From Solirubrobacteraceae bacterium (lineage in GTDB: Bacteria; Actinomycetota; Thermoleophilia; Solirubrobacterales; Solirubrobacteraceae): a stretch of 64,000 bases of DNA. The notes beneath the pieces were generated by a model. The model had not been told where the DNA came from and searched no databases. It saw only the letters and a program-made list of their open reading frames with translations. Within the stretch, counting starts at the first letter, position 1, and every line of letters starts with the position of its first letter. Positions 53,989 through 62,853 of the stretch are shown here, in pieces. The stretch lies in assembly GCA_049584155.1 (NCBI GenBank), contig JBAUXH010000113.1:1918-65917 (forward strand). Direction: 5' to 3'. The translations under genes were made by a program, and so were the position numbers.

Positions 53989-55564
53989 AGACCGCGTAGT
54001 AGCGGCTCGTGTAAATGCGGTGGTAGCCGGCCTGTGGAACCTGGTCGCGAGGATCGTCGCCGACGTCGACGATCGCCTTGAAGAACACCGCGCTACCCAG
54101 GGGATAGACGGCGACGCTGCCGTGGTTCAACCGTTCCGCCAACGCGTGGGCGCCTTTCTTTGAGTCCGCGCGCGCCTGGCTGCGTGCGACGATGTCGTGC
54201 TGACCCACGCTGTCCAGAATCCAGCGCGCATCGGGGATCAGCTTGTTGTCCGGCAGCGACAGCAGCGGACAGCGCTTCAAGGCCGCGTGCACACGCGGGT
54301 TGGACAGCGCCGTGGCCAGCCCCTCGTGAAAGTCCTCGTGATAGGCCAGCGTCGTGCGCAAGCTCGACAGGCTGAGCGTCGTGGCAACCGATACGCCCCC
54401 GTATACGATCAACGCGACTGCCCCGAGTAGCCACACTCGCCGCAGCGTGGTTTTCGGGCGTAGCATCGCCCAGCCTCCGATCGAGACCGCGCAGAACAGC
54501 AACATCATGATCGCCGCGCCCAATAGGTAGCGATCGATCACCGACGCGCCGGCCGCGCCCTCGGCGACGAACACCGCGATCAGCAACACCAGCGCTGCCA
54601 GTGGTGTGAGCACGCGCCGAGGCGCCAGCCACACCGCGATCGGCAGGCCAAGAAGTATGCCGAGAATCACCGGCAACTTGTCGATCCGTACACCGAACGT
54701 CCACACCGACGCGACCACGCTCGACAGTCCCTGGGTGCGTTCGAGTTCCTGGGCCAGGCCGGCGGTGGCATGCAGTGAATACAGTGGATCGCCCGTCACG
54801 ACTCCATCCAAGGCGAGCCATACGGCCGGTCCGATCAGGGCTAGAGCCAGGTAAGACAGCCGCCGGCGGTTGCCGATCGAGGCCTCCCCGCGAGCCGATC
54901 GGAGATCCCGTCGATCTCCGATCGGTGGCCACACACACCACAGCCAGTATGCCCCGCTCAGCACCCACGCGTCAGGGCGCAACAGCCCGGCGGCCGCGAG
55001 CAGCACGAATACGAGCGTGCCCCGTCGCGGGCGTTGCACCTCGAACACGATCGCCCACACGATCAGCGCGACGTAGCTGATGTCGAGATAGCCCTGCGCA
55101 GCCAGGTTCTCGATAAAAAATCGGCTCAGCACGAGCAGCGCCGCGAACAGCCCGACGACCGGGCCGAAGCACAACCGTCCCAACCTGTACATACCGGCGA
55201 CGACCGCCACGAACGAGGCGATCGACCCGAGCACCATCAACCGCGCGCCACCCTGCCCGAAGATCGAGCACACCATCCCGAACCCGATTGCCAGCGGGTG
55301 CTCGGTCGGACCGCGATACACGCGGAAGTCCGGCAGGTGCAGGTGCAGCAGATCCCTGCCCCACAACAGCGCATAGAAGGAGTCGTAGGTCGGATAGGTC
55401 GGATAGGCGAAGTAGCCGACCAGCGCCATCGCGCACAGCAGCGCGAACCCGATCTTCGCCCACGTCGAGGCGTCGATCGCTCGCAATCGCCGCAGCGGAG
55501 TGGAGTCCTGCCGCGGAGTGCTCGGAACCTGTTTCAAAATAGGCGGTGCGGTCGGGGCGTTCAT
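53975..55564 (-). CDS. polytopic membrane protein, GT-C-like glycosyltransferase candidate
   Basis: 529 aa, more than 10 hydrophobic segments. 14-nt overlap with the downstream GT39-like gene. Confidence 0.75.
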   Translation of the reverse strand: MNAPTAPPILKQVPSTPRQDSTPLRRLRAIDASTWAKIGFALLCAMALVGYFAYPTYPTYDSFYALLWGRDLLHLHLPDFRVYRGPTEHPLAIGFGMVCSIFGQGGARLMVLGSIASFVAVVAGMYRLGRLCFGPVVGLFAALLVLSRFFIENLAAQGYLDISYVALIVWAIVFEVQRPRRGTLVFVLLAAAGLLRPDAWVLSGAYWLWCVWPPIGDRRDLRSARGEASIGNRRRLSYLALALIGPAVWLALDGVVTGDPLYSLHATAGLAQELERTQGLSSVVASVWTFGVRIDKLPVILGILLGLPIAVWLAPRRVLTPLAALVLLIAVFVAEGAAGASVIDRYLLGAAIMMLLFCAVSIGGWAMLRPKTTLRRVWLLGAVALIVYGGVSVATTLSLSSLRTTLAYHEDFHEGLATALSNPRVHAALKRCPLLSLPDNKLIPDARWILDSVGQHDIVARSQARADSKKGAHALAERLNHGSVAVYPLGSAVFFKAIVDVGDDPRDQVPQAGYHRIYTSRYYAVYDNC

Positions 55565-55779
55565 GGATCAAGCTGGGCGACGCGGGACGGCGCAGCGCAT
55601 GCTGGTGGCACGTGCAAGCCGTTACGTGGCGATCCAGCGCAGTGTCCAGGGACGAATCCGGACGTGCCGATCTTTTTGAAACAGATTCCTACTAGCGTCG
55701 CGCTGGCCATCGGTCGCAGAGCCTATCCTTGCAAGCAGCCGCCCTGACGAGGAAGCCGCACGGGGTAGGGTTCACCCTA

Positions 55780-56880
55780 GTGAAGCTCATCATCCAGATC
55801 CCCTGTTTCAACGAGGCCGAGCAACTGCCGAGCACGCTCGCCGACCTGCCGCGCCAGGTCGAGGGGTTCGACATCGTGGAGTGGCTGATCATCGATGACG
55901 GCTCGACCGACGAGACGATCGCGGTCGCGCGCGCTCATGGTGTCGATCATCTTGTTCGTCTGACCAACAACAAGGGGCTGGCCGCGGGCTTTCAGGCCGG
56001 CGTCGACACCGCCCTGAAGTTGGGCGCCGACGTGATCGTCAACACCGATGCCGACAACCAGTACTACGGACCGGACGTGGCCAGGCTCGTACGCCCGATC
56101 GTGGACGGACGGGCCGACATGGTCGTCGGCGACCGCGAGGTCAGCGGGATCGAGCATTTCTCGCCGCTGAAGAAGACGCTACAACGCCTCGGCTCGTGGG
56201 TGGTGCGCCAGGCATCCTCGACCTCTGTACCCGATACGACCTCGGGCTTTCGCGCCTACAACCGCGAGGCCGCGATCCAGATGATGGTCGTCTCGCGGTT
56301 CACCTACACGCTTGAGACGATCATCCAGGCGGGCAAGCTGCTGGTCGCGATCGACCACGTCCCGATCCGCACCAATCCCAAGACGCGCGAGTCGCGCCTG
56401 TTCCCGTCGATGGGCGCCTACGTGCGCCGCAACACGATCTCGATCTTTCGCATCTACGCGCAGTACGAGCCGCTGCGCGTGTTCTGGAGCCTTGCACTGC
56501 TGATGGGGCTGGTGTCGATCGGCGTGTGGATCCGCTTCGCGGTCGCCTACGCCGAAGGCAATGGCAAGGGTCACGTCCAGTCACTGATCCTCGGCGCGGT
56601 ACTGTTCATCGCCGCCGTGGTGCTGTGGGCGCTGGGTGTGATCGGGGACCTACTTGCCGCTCAGCGCGTGATGACCCAGCGCACGTTCGAGCGAGTCCGC
56701 CGCATCGAGCTGCAGTTGGGTGTCGCGCCCTCGCACTACGAAGCGAACGATGACTCCTCCATCCTGCCCAGCGCAAGCGAGGCTCCCGCGGAGGCTGGTG
56801 TGACGCCGGACGATGCGACCACAGTCGGACCGACCAGGGAGGGTCCGACACAGGAGCGCGAGGCGGTGAGACTGGGATGA
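55780..56880 (+). CDS. GT2-family polyprenyl-phosphate glycosyltransferase (GtrB/DPM1-like, C-terminal TM helices)
   Basis: GTG 55780. IQIPCFNEA...IIDDGSTDET...NTDADNQY (DxD)...TSGFRAY, then two C-terminal TM segments. Confidence 0.9.
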   Translation: MKLIIQIPCFNEAEQLPSTLADLPRQVEGFDIVEWLIIDDGSTDETIAVARAHGVDHLVRLTNNKGLAAGFQAGVDTALKLGADVIVNTDADNQYYGPDVARLVRPIVDGRADMVVGDREVSGIEHFSPLKKTLQRLGSWVVRQASSTSVPDTTSGFRAYNREAAIQMMVVSRFTYTLETIIQAGKLLVAIDHVPIRTNPKTRESRLFPSMGAYVRRNTISIFRIYAQYEPLRVFWSLALLMGLVSIGVWIRFAVAYAEGNGKGHVQSLILGAVLFIAAVVLWALGVIGDLLAAQRVMTQRTFERVRRIELQLGVAPSHYEANDDSSILPSASEAPAEAGVTPDDATTVGPTREGPTQEREAVRLG

Positions 56881-57512
56881 GCACCAGCGCGGGCGTGACC
56901 GTATCCGAGGACGGGATCGTCACCGGCAATACCTACGATAAGTACGGTTCGACTAATCCGGCGGTACGGCGCATGATGGCCGGGTTTGAGGGCGCGCTGG
57001 ATGAGCTCCTCGCCCGTGCCGACCCCCGGTCCCTGCTGGACGTCGGCTGCGGCGAGGGCGTGCTCGTATATCAGTGGGCGCAGCACCTCGGTGAGAGCAC
57101 GCGTGTCGTCGGGATCGACTTGGAGGAGGAGTCGATCCAGGCGGGCTGGGAGCAACACACGGCTCCGAACCTCGAGTATCGCGTCATGCAGGCTGAGAAC
57201 CTGCCGTTCGCCGAGAATGAGTTCGACCTCGCCACGGCGATCGAGGTGCTCGAGCACGTCCCCGATCCCGAGCACACCTTGAGCGAGATGGCGCGTTGTG
57301 CCGAGCGCCACCTGCTTGTCTCGGTCCCACGCGAGCCGCTGTGGCGGATGCTCAACATGGCCCGCGGCGCGTACTGGCGCGAGTTCGGCAACACCCCCGG
57401 CCATCTGAACCACTGGTCCAAGCGGACATTCGTCGATCTACTCTCGCGCTACGGCGAGGTGATCGGGGTCCGTTCGCCGTTCCCGTGGACGATGCTGCTT
57501 GTCCGCCTGTAA
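56877..57512 (+). CDS. class I SAM-dependent methyltransferase
   Basis: LLDVGCGEGVL (motif I)...AIEVLEHVPDP. ATGA overlap with the GT2 stop. Confidence 0.9.
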   Translation: MSTSAGVTVSEDGIVTGNTYDKYGSTNPAVRRMMAGFEGALDELLARADPRSLLDVGCGEGVLVYQWAQHLGESTRVVGIDLEEESIQAGWEQHTAPNLEYRVMQAENLPFAENEFDLATAIEVLEHVPDPEHTLSEMARCAERHLLVSVPREPLWRMLNMARGAYWREFGNTPGHLNHWSKRTFVDLLSRYGEVIGVRSPFPWTMLLVRL

Positions 57513-57517
57513 GGCTC

Positions 57518-59017
57518 GTGTCAAGAGCCTCTAGTTCCGACCCTTCATCGGTCGCGAGCAAGATCGAGACGAACAGCCCGGCCCCGCCAGGCACCGATGG
57601 CGGTCGACCACCACGCTCCTACGGCAGCGGCGCACGCATCCTCTCGATCGGCATCGCCTCGACGGGCCTGCTGACGTTCGCGTACTTCTCGATCGCCAGC
57701 CACGTGCTCGGAGAAGAATCGGCTCAGCGTCTGGACGTGCTGTGGTCGGTGATGTTCGTGGTCATCTCGGTGATCTATCGGCCGATCGAACAGCTGCTCT
57801 CGCGCACGATCGCTGACCGTCGTGCGCGCGGACAGGCCGAGCAGTCACTGCGCGTCCCGATCGCAATCCAGGCGGGCTTCGCACTGGCATTCCTGGTGAT
57901 CGCACTCGCCTTGCGCGAAGAGCTCGTGAACCACGTGTTCGACGGCTACAGCGCACTGTACGCCGTACTGGTGGTGGGCACACTCGCCTACGCGGCCAGC
58001 TATTTCGCCCGCGGCTGGCTGGCGGGACACAAGTATTTCGCCCTATATGGCGGCCTGGTGCTGATGGAGTCGATCTCTCGGATCTGCTTCGCGCTGGCCG
58101 CCGCACTGGGCATCACCAGCGGCCAGACTGCGGTCGCGCTGGGGATCGCCGCTGCACCGTTCGTCTCACTGGTTGTAGTGCCGGCGGCCTTCGCGCGACG
58201 AGGCGGCGAACGACAAGGGCACAGTTCCGCTTCGACGAAGACCGATGAGACCGACGCCGCGCTCACCGTGGCGCCGATCACGGTGGACGAGGCAGATGCG
58301 GCCCTGGCCGGTCCGGGCGCCGAGGGCGTCCAGGAGACCGCCGCCCACGATGAGGGATTGTCGCTACGCCGGGGTACGGGCTTTGCGCTGGCGGTGTCCG
58401 GAATCATGCTCTCCGAGCAGACGATCCTGAATGCCGCCGTGTTGACGGTGGACGCCACCTCTAGTAACCGCGCGCTCGCCGGGATCGTATTCAACGTCCT
58501 GCTGATCGCACGCGCCCCACTGCAGTTGTTCCAAGCGATCCAGACCTCGCTGCTGCCCCATCTGACCGGCCTGGAGGCGACGGAGGGCCACGAGGCCTTC
58601 GCGCACGCGATCCGCGTGACCGTGCGAGCGATCGCCGCTTTCGCCGGAGCGGTCGCGCTCGGCCTCCTGGCTATCGGCCCCTTCGTGATGGAGCACCTAT
58701 TCGGCCAGCACTATGCCTACAACCGCTTCGGCCTGGCCTTGATTGGGCTCGGGATGGGCATGCACCTGACCTCAGGAGCGCTGAACCAGGCCGTGCTCGC
58801 CCGCGACCGGGCACGCACGGCAGCCGTCTGCTGGGCGATCGCGGCAGTCGTCTTTGTCGCGTGGATGTTCTCGCCGATCGTCAGCGAAGAACTGTTACGC
58901 ACCGAGATCGGCTATCTCGGCGCGACCAGCCTGCTCGCACTGATGCTTAGCATCGTCTACAGACGCGGCGCGCCGGTCACTCAGTCAGCGCCGGCTGCCG
59001 CGGCGATCGCACGGTAA
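57518..59017 (+). CDS. polytopic flippase-like protein (MOP/Wzx-MurJ-type polysaccharide biosynthesis protein)
   Basis: About 499 aa from GTG 57518, with 12 or more hydrophobic segments. The start is uncertain. The track ORF begins inside the methyltransferase gene. Confidence 0.75.
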   Translation: MSRASSSDPSSVASKIETNSPAPPGTDGGRPPRSYGSGARILSIGIASTGLLTFAYFSIASHVLGEESAQRLDVLWSVMFVVISVIYRPIEQLLSRTIADRRARGQAEQSLRVPIAIQAGFALAFLVIALALREELVNHVFDGYSALYAVLVVGTLAYAASYFARGWLAGHKYFALYGGLVLMESISRICFALAAALGITSGQTAVALGIAAAPFVSLVVVPAAFARRGGERQGHSSASTKTDETDAALTVAPITVDEADAALAGPGAEGVQETAAHDEGLSLRRGTGFALAVSGIMLSEQTILNAAVLTVDATSSNRALAGIVFNVLLIARAPLQLFQAIQTSLLPHLTGLEATEGHEAFAHAIRVTVRAIAAFAGAVALGLLAIGPFVMEHLFGQHYAYNRFGLALIGLGMGMHLTSGALNQAVLARDRARTAAVCWAIAAVVFVAWMFSPIVSEELLRTEIGYLGATSLLALMLSIVYRRGAPVTQSAPAAAAIAR

Positions 59018-59670
59018 GCCTCGCCGGGATCGTCGCTGCCGAAGATCGCCGAGCCCGCAACGAACAGACTCGCGCCGGCCTGACGGCAGGACGGAGCGGT
59101 CGCGGTATCGATGCCACCGTCCACCTCGACTGCCACGTCCTCGCCAACGAGCGAGCGCACCCGCGGAAGCTTCTCGAGCGAACTCTCGATGAACGGCTGT
59201 CCGGCCCAACCAGGATTGATGGTCATGCACAGAGTCAGGTCGATCGCACCAGAGAGCTCCGATAGGGCCGCGACCGGCGTGCCGGGATTAATCGCAACGC
59301 CGACCCCGGCGCCACTGTCGCGTATGAGATGCACGGCGTATGCGAGCTGCGGTGTGGCCTCGGCGTGAACTGTGATCGAGTGGGCGCCGGCCTTGATGAA
59401 CTCGCTCACCTGCCGCTCGGGGCGCTCGATCATCAGGTGGACGTCGAGCATCCCGCCCACCTCGCGCACTGTCTCCGACAGCGCCGCCACGACCGGCGGC
59501 CCCAGCGTCAACGGCGGGACGAAGTGCCCGTCCATGACGTCCACGTGAATCACTCGCGCGCCCGCGTCCAGCACCTCTCTGACCTGCTCGCGCAAGCGGC
59601 CGAAGTCGGCGGAGAGGATCGACGGCGCCACGCGCACACCGCCCAGCAATTCACTGACGAACTCGCTCAT
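58981..59670 (-). CDS. rpe: ribulose-phosphate 3-epimerase
   Basis: APSILSADF...HVDVMDGHFVP...MTINPGWAGQ...VDGGI. Confidence 0.96.
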   Translation of the reverse strand: MSEFVSELLGGVRVAPSILSADFGRLREQVREVLDAGARVIHVDVMDGHFVPPLTLGPPVVAALSETVREVGGMLDVHLMIERPERQVSEFIKAGAHSITVHAEATPQLAYAVHLIRDSGAGVGVAINPGTPVAALSELSGAIDLTLCMTINPGWAGQPFIESSLEKLPRVRSLVGEDVAVEVDGGIDTATAPSCRQAGASLFVAGSAIFGSDDPGEAYRAIAAAAGAD

Positions 59671-59915
59671 ATGGCTTGCAACATACTGTCGCCACAGTTA
59701 TTGCACTTGAGGATCGCGGTGGAAGACATGCGCACGATCGTCGAGTGCTCGCCGCAGTTCGGACATACCGAGGTAAGCTCGAAGCGGCGCAGGCAGTACA
59801 CGCAGCGATAGCGCCCCGGTAGGTTCGTCGGGCGCAACCACGGCTCGCCGCAGTGCGGACAGCGGGGGCCAAGCTCGGGCGGAGCCTTGCTGGGCTTCTC
59901 CGCTTCGTCGGCCAC
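59667..59915 (-). CDS. small double zinc-ribbon protein, function unknown
   Basis: 82 aa with four CxxC pairs (CPHC, CVYC, CPNC, CNNC). ATGA overlap with the rpe start. Confidence 0.7.
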   Translation of the reverse strand: MADEAEKPSKAPPELGPRCPHCGEPWLRPTNLPGRYRCVYCLRRFELTSVCPNCGEHSTIVRMSSTAILKCNNCGDSMLQAI

Positions 59916-59919
59916 GGTC

Positions 59920-61248
59920 TCAGCCCGCCCGGCGCAGCCGCGCGATGAAGAAGCCCGCGGTGCGGTCGCGATGGGGCAAGGTCAGCACGGTCTCGGGCGC
60001 GGCCGATGAAGGGTGCCGCAGCACGGGCAACTCGACGCCGAGATCATCGAGTGAGAAATCGGGATGGGCGTCCAAGAAACCGGCGATCCGGCGCTCGTTC
60101 TCGGTCGGGGAGATCGTGCACGTAGAGTAGACCAGCACGCCGCCCGGACGGAGCGCTTGGGCGCCCGCGGCAAGGATCCTTGCCTGCTCGCGCTCGAGCT
60201 CCGCCAAGCGCGACTGTTCGATCCGCCAGCGCAGATCGGGGCGTGCCTGCAACGTCCCCAGTCCCGAGCATGGCGGGTCCACCAGAACGCGGTCATAAAC
60301 CGTCCCCTCGGGCCGGGGCTGGGTGGCGTCGGCCAACTCGACGCGCACGTTGTTGGCGCGCAACCGCTGTGCGGTGCGTACGAGCGCGCCCGCTCGCCTA
60401 CGGTCACGCTCGACCGCGACGACCTCCCCCACCCCACCCATCAGCGCGGCGAGGTGAGTACTCTTGCCTCCCGGCGCGGCACACAAGTCGAGCACCCGCT
60501 CGTTCGGCTGCGGCGCCAGCACGCGGCAGACAAGCATCGCCGCACGCGATTGCGCCAGAAACGCACCCTCTCTCCAGAGCGGCGAACCGTGGACGTCGAA
60601 CGCCTCCTCCAGCACGAGCGCTTCGGGTATATCGGGATCTGCGTGCGTACGTGGCGGGAGCTGCAGTGCCAGCGAGGGAGCATCGGTGAGGAGTGTGTTC
60701 GCCCGCAACGCCACCTCGCCTGGTTCGTTGTCGTATGCCATCAGCGCACGTGCATCCTCGGCGCCGAGCTCCTGCCACCACAGACGCGCAATCCACTCTG
60801 GATGGGAGTGCTTGATCGCGGCCTGCTCGGGCGTCCCGTCGCTCATCCCACCCAGCAGCGCAGCCGAGCCTTCGCGCCCAGCGCGACGCAGCGCCGCGTT
60901 GACGAGCCCGTGGCCGGCACGAGCGTGGGTCTTGGCGAGCTCGACCGCGTCGGCGACGACTGCGTAGTCGGGCGCGCCGTCCAGATACAGAAGCTCGTAC
61001 AGCCCGAGTCGCAGCGCCGCCAGCAGCGGAGGGTCCAACCGCCCGATGGGTCGATCGACAAGCCCTTCGATTAGATGATCGAGCGTCCCCTTGCGCTGGA
61101 CCGCACCGTAGGCAAGGCGCATCGCCAGCGCACGGTCTCGCGGAGACAACTTCTTGGACTCGCCATGCAGAGCCTGGTCGGCGTAGGCGCCGTGCTCGAA
61201 CACGCGGCGCAGGACCGCGTATGCGCACACGCGGGCTTCAGAGGTCAT
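59920..61248 (-). CDS. rsmB: 16S rRNA (cytosine967-C5)-methyltransferase RsmB
   Basis: NusB-like N-terminus, DLCAAPGGKS, DRVLVDPPCSGLG, YSTCT. Confidence 0.94.
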   Translation of the reverse strand: MTSEARVCAYAVLRRVFEHGAYADQALHGESKKLSPRDRALAMRLAYGAVQRKGTLDHLIEGLVDRPIGRLDPPLLAALRLGLYELLYLDGAPDYAVVADAVELAKTHARAGHGLVNAALRRAGREGSAALLGGMSDGTPEQAAIKHSHPEWIARLWWQELGAEDARALMAYDNEPGEVALRANTLLTDAPSLALQLPPRTHADPDIPEALVLEEAFDVHGSPLWREGAFLAQSRAAMLVCRVLAPQPNERVLDLCAAPGGKSTHLAALMGGVGEVVAVERDRRRAGALVRTAQRLRANNVRVELADATQPRPEGTVYDRVLVDPPCSGLGTLQARPDLRWRIEQSRLAELEREQARILAAGAQALRPGGVLVYSTCTISPTENERRIAGFLDAHPDFSLDDLGVELPVLRHPSSAAPETVLTLPHRDRTAGFFIARLRRAG

Positions 61249-62149
61249 GTCCGCGCAAATACGCGCCGGCCTCCATCGGACGACCGCCCGGTGGTTGCAC
61301 GCGTATCAGTTCGAGCGCTCCTCGCGCCGTCCCATACAGCAGTCGCTCGCCGTCCGCCGCGAGCGCCCCGGCCGGCGGCCAGGCTACACCTGGATCGGAC
61401 GCGACCCGGGCCTCTTGCACGCCGAGCAGTCCCCCATCGGCTAGCTGAAGGCGTGCGCCGATGTGTGGGTTCAGCGCCCTGATGGCGCGCTCTAGCTCCT
61501 GTGCCGGACGGACAGGATCCAGCAGACGGTCCTCGGGGAGGATCTTCTCGGCGTAGGTCACACCCGACTCGGGCTGCTCGACAAACGCCGGCGGCTCACC
61601 GCCCGCGATGAGGTCAAGTGCTCCTACCAACAGCTCCCCACCGAGGGATTGCAGACGCTCCGCCAGCGACCCGTATGTGTCGTGCGGGTCGATCGGGAGC
61701 GACTCCGTTAGACACACCGGCCCGCTGTCCAGACCTGCGGTTAGGCGCATGATCGAGACGCCGGTGCGCGCGTCACCGGCCATGATCGCACGCTCCACCG
61801 GCGCCGCGCCACGCCAGCGTGGCAACAGCGAGGGGTGCACATTCAGTAGCTCGTATGCGGACAACAGTGGCTCCTTGATGAGCGCCCCGAACGCACACAC
61901 GATCACCGCATCCGGGCGCGCTCGCGCAATCGACTCGCACGCGTAGGGCTCGTTGATGCTCGCGAGCTGTTCCATCTCGATCTCGAGCTCCCGCGCGGCA
62001 TCCGCCACAGGTGGAGAGCTGAGCTTGCGTCCTCGCCCTCGCGGACGGTCCGGGCGTGTAACCACCAACGACGGGTGATGTTCGCTCGCCGCCAGGCGTC
62101 CCAACACAGCAGCGGCAAACGATGACGTGCCCAGAAACACGGTGCGCAT
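61238..62149 (-). CDS. fmt: methionyl-tRNA formyltransferase
   Basis: MRTVFLGTSSFA...NVHPSLLPRWRGAAP. Confidence 0.96.
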   Translation of the reverse strand: MRTVFLGTSSFAAAVLGRLAASEHHPSLVVTRPDRPRGRGRKLSSPPVADAARELEIEMEQLASINEPYACESIARARPDAVIVCAFGALIKEPLLSAYELLNVHPSLLPRWRGAAPVERAIMAGDARTGVSIMRLTAGLDSGPVCLTESLPIDPHDTYGSLAERLQSLGGELLVGALDLIAGGEPPAFVEQPESGVTYAEKILPEDRLLDPVRPAQELERAIRALNPHIGARLQLADGGLLGVQEARVASDPGVAWPPAGALAADGERLLYGTARGALELIRVQPPGGRPMEAGAYLRGHDL

Positions 62150-62187
62150 GATCTGAGCTCCTTCCCCCGCGCCGCGAACGCGCAGCG

Positions 62188-62853
62188 TTATGCGGGACTC
62201 GTCTCGGAAGCAACCGCGCGCTCGGGCCGAGGCCCCGACGCGCCTCCGTGGCGCGCTTCGCGCAGCTCGCGCATCGCCTCTCGGCGTGCCTCGCGCGAGA
62301 TCCGGTCGAGGATCAGGATGCCGTCGAGATGGTCGACCTCGTGCTGGATCACGCGCGCCTCCAGTCCCTCAGCCTCGACGAGCAACTCCTCCCCAAACGC
62401 GTCGGTCGCGCGTGCGCGAACCCGTGCTGGGCGTTCCACCTCGACGTGTATGCCGGGGATACTCAGACAGCCCTCTTCGGCGCTCTCGAGCTCATCGCTG
62501 CGCCATTCGATTACCGGATTGACCATCGCCGTGATCGGATCGTCGGCGTACGCGCGATACACCAGCACTCGGTGCAGGATTCCCACTTGGGTGGCCGCCA
62601 GCCCGACACCGAGAGCGTCACTCATCAGCTCCCCCATACGCTCTATCTCGCTCCTCAGGGAGTCATCGAAGCGATCGACCTCTACCGCGCTCGCGCGCAG
62701 CACCGGATCGCCGAGCTTGCGCACTCGCGCCAGCGCCGCGTCACGACGGGCACGCGTCTGCTCGTCGAGCTCCTCGACAGCGGGTGCATCCTGCGCGTGC
62801 TCGGCCTCTACATCGTCCTCAGTCATAAGAGCCAGTTTATTGGGGGTCGACAT
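62188..62853 (-). CDS. def: peptide deformylase (with acidic N-terminal and basic C-terminal extensions)
   Basis: GVGLAATQVG, EGCLSIPG, QHEVDHLDG. ATG 62826 is an alternative start. Confidence 0.94.
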   Translation of the reverse strand: MSTPNKLALMTEDDVEAEHAQDAPAVEELDEQTRARRDAALARVRKLGDPVLRASAVEVDRFDDSLRSEIERMGELMSDALGVGLAATQVGILHRVLVYRAYADDPITAMVNPVIEWRSDELESAEEGCLSIPGIHVEVERPARVRARATDAFGEELLVEAEGLEARVIQHEVDHLDGILILDRISREARREAMRELREARHGGASGPRPERAVASETSPA

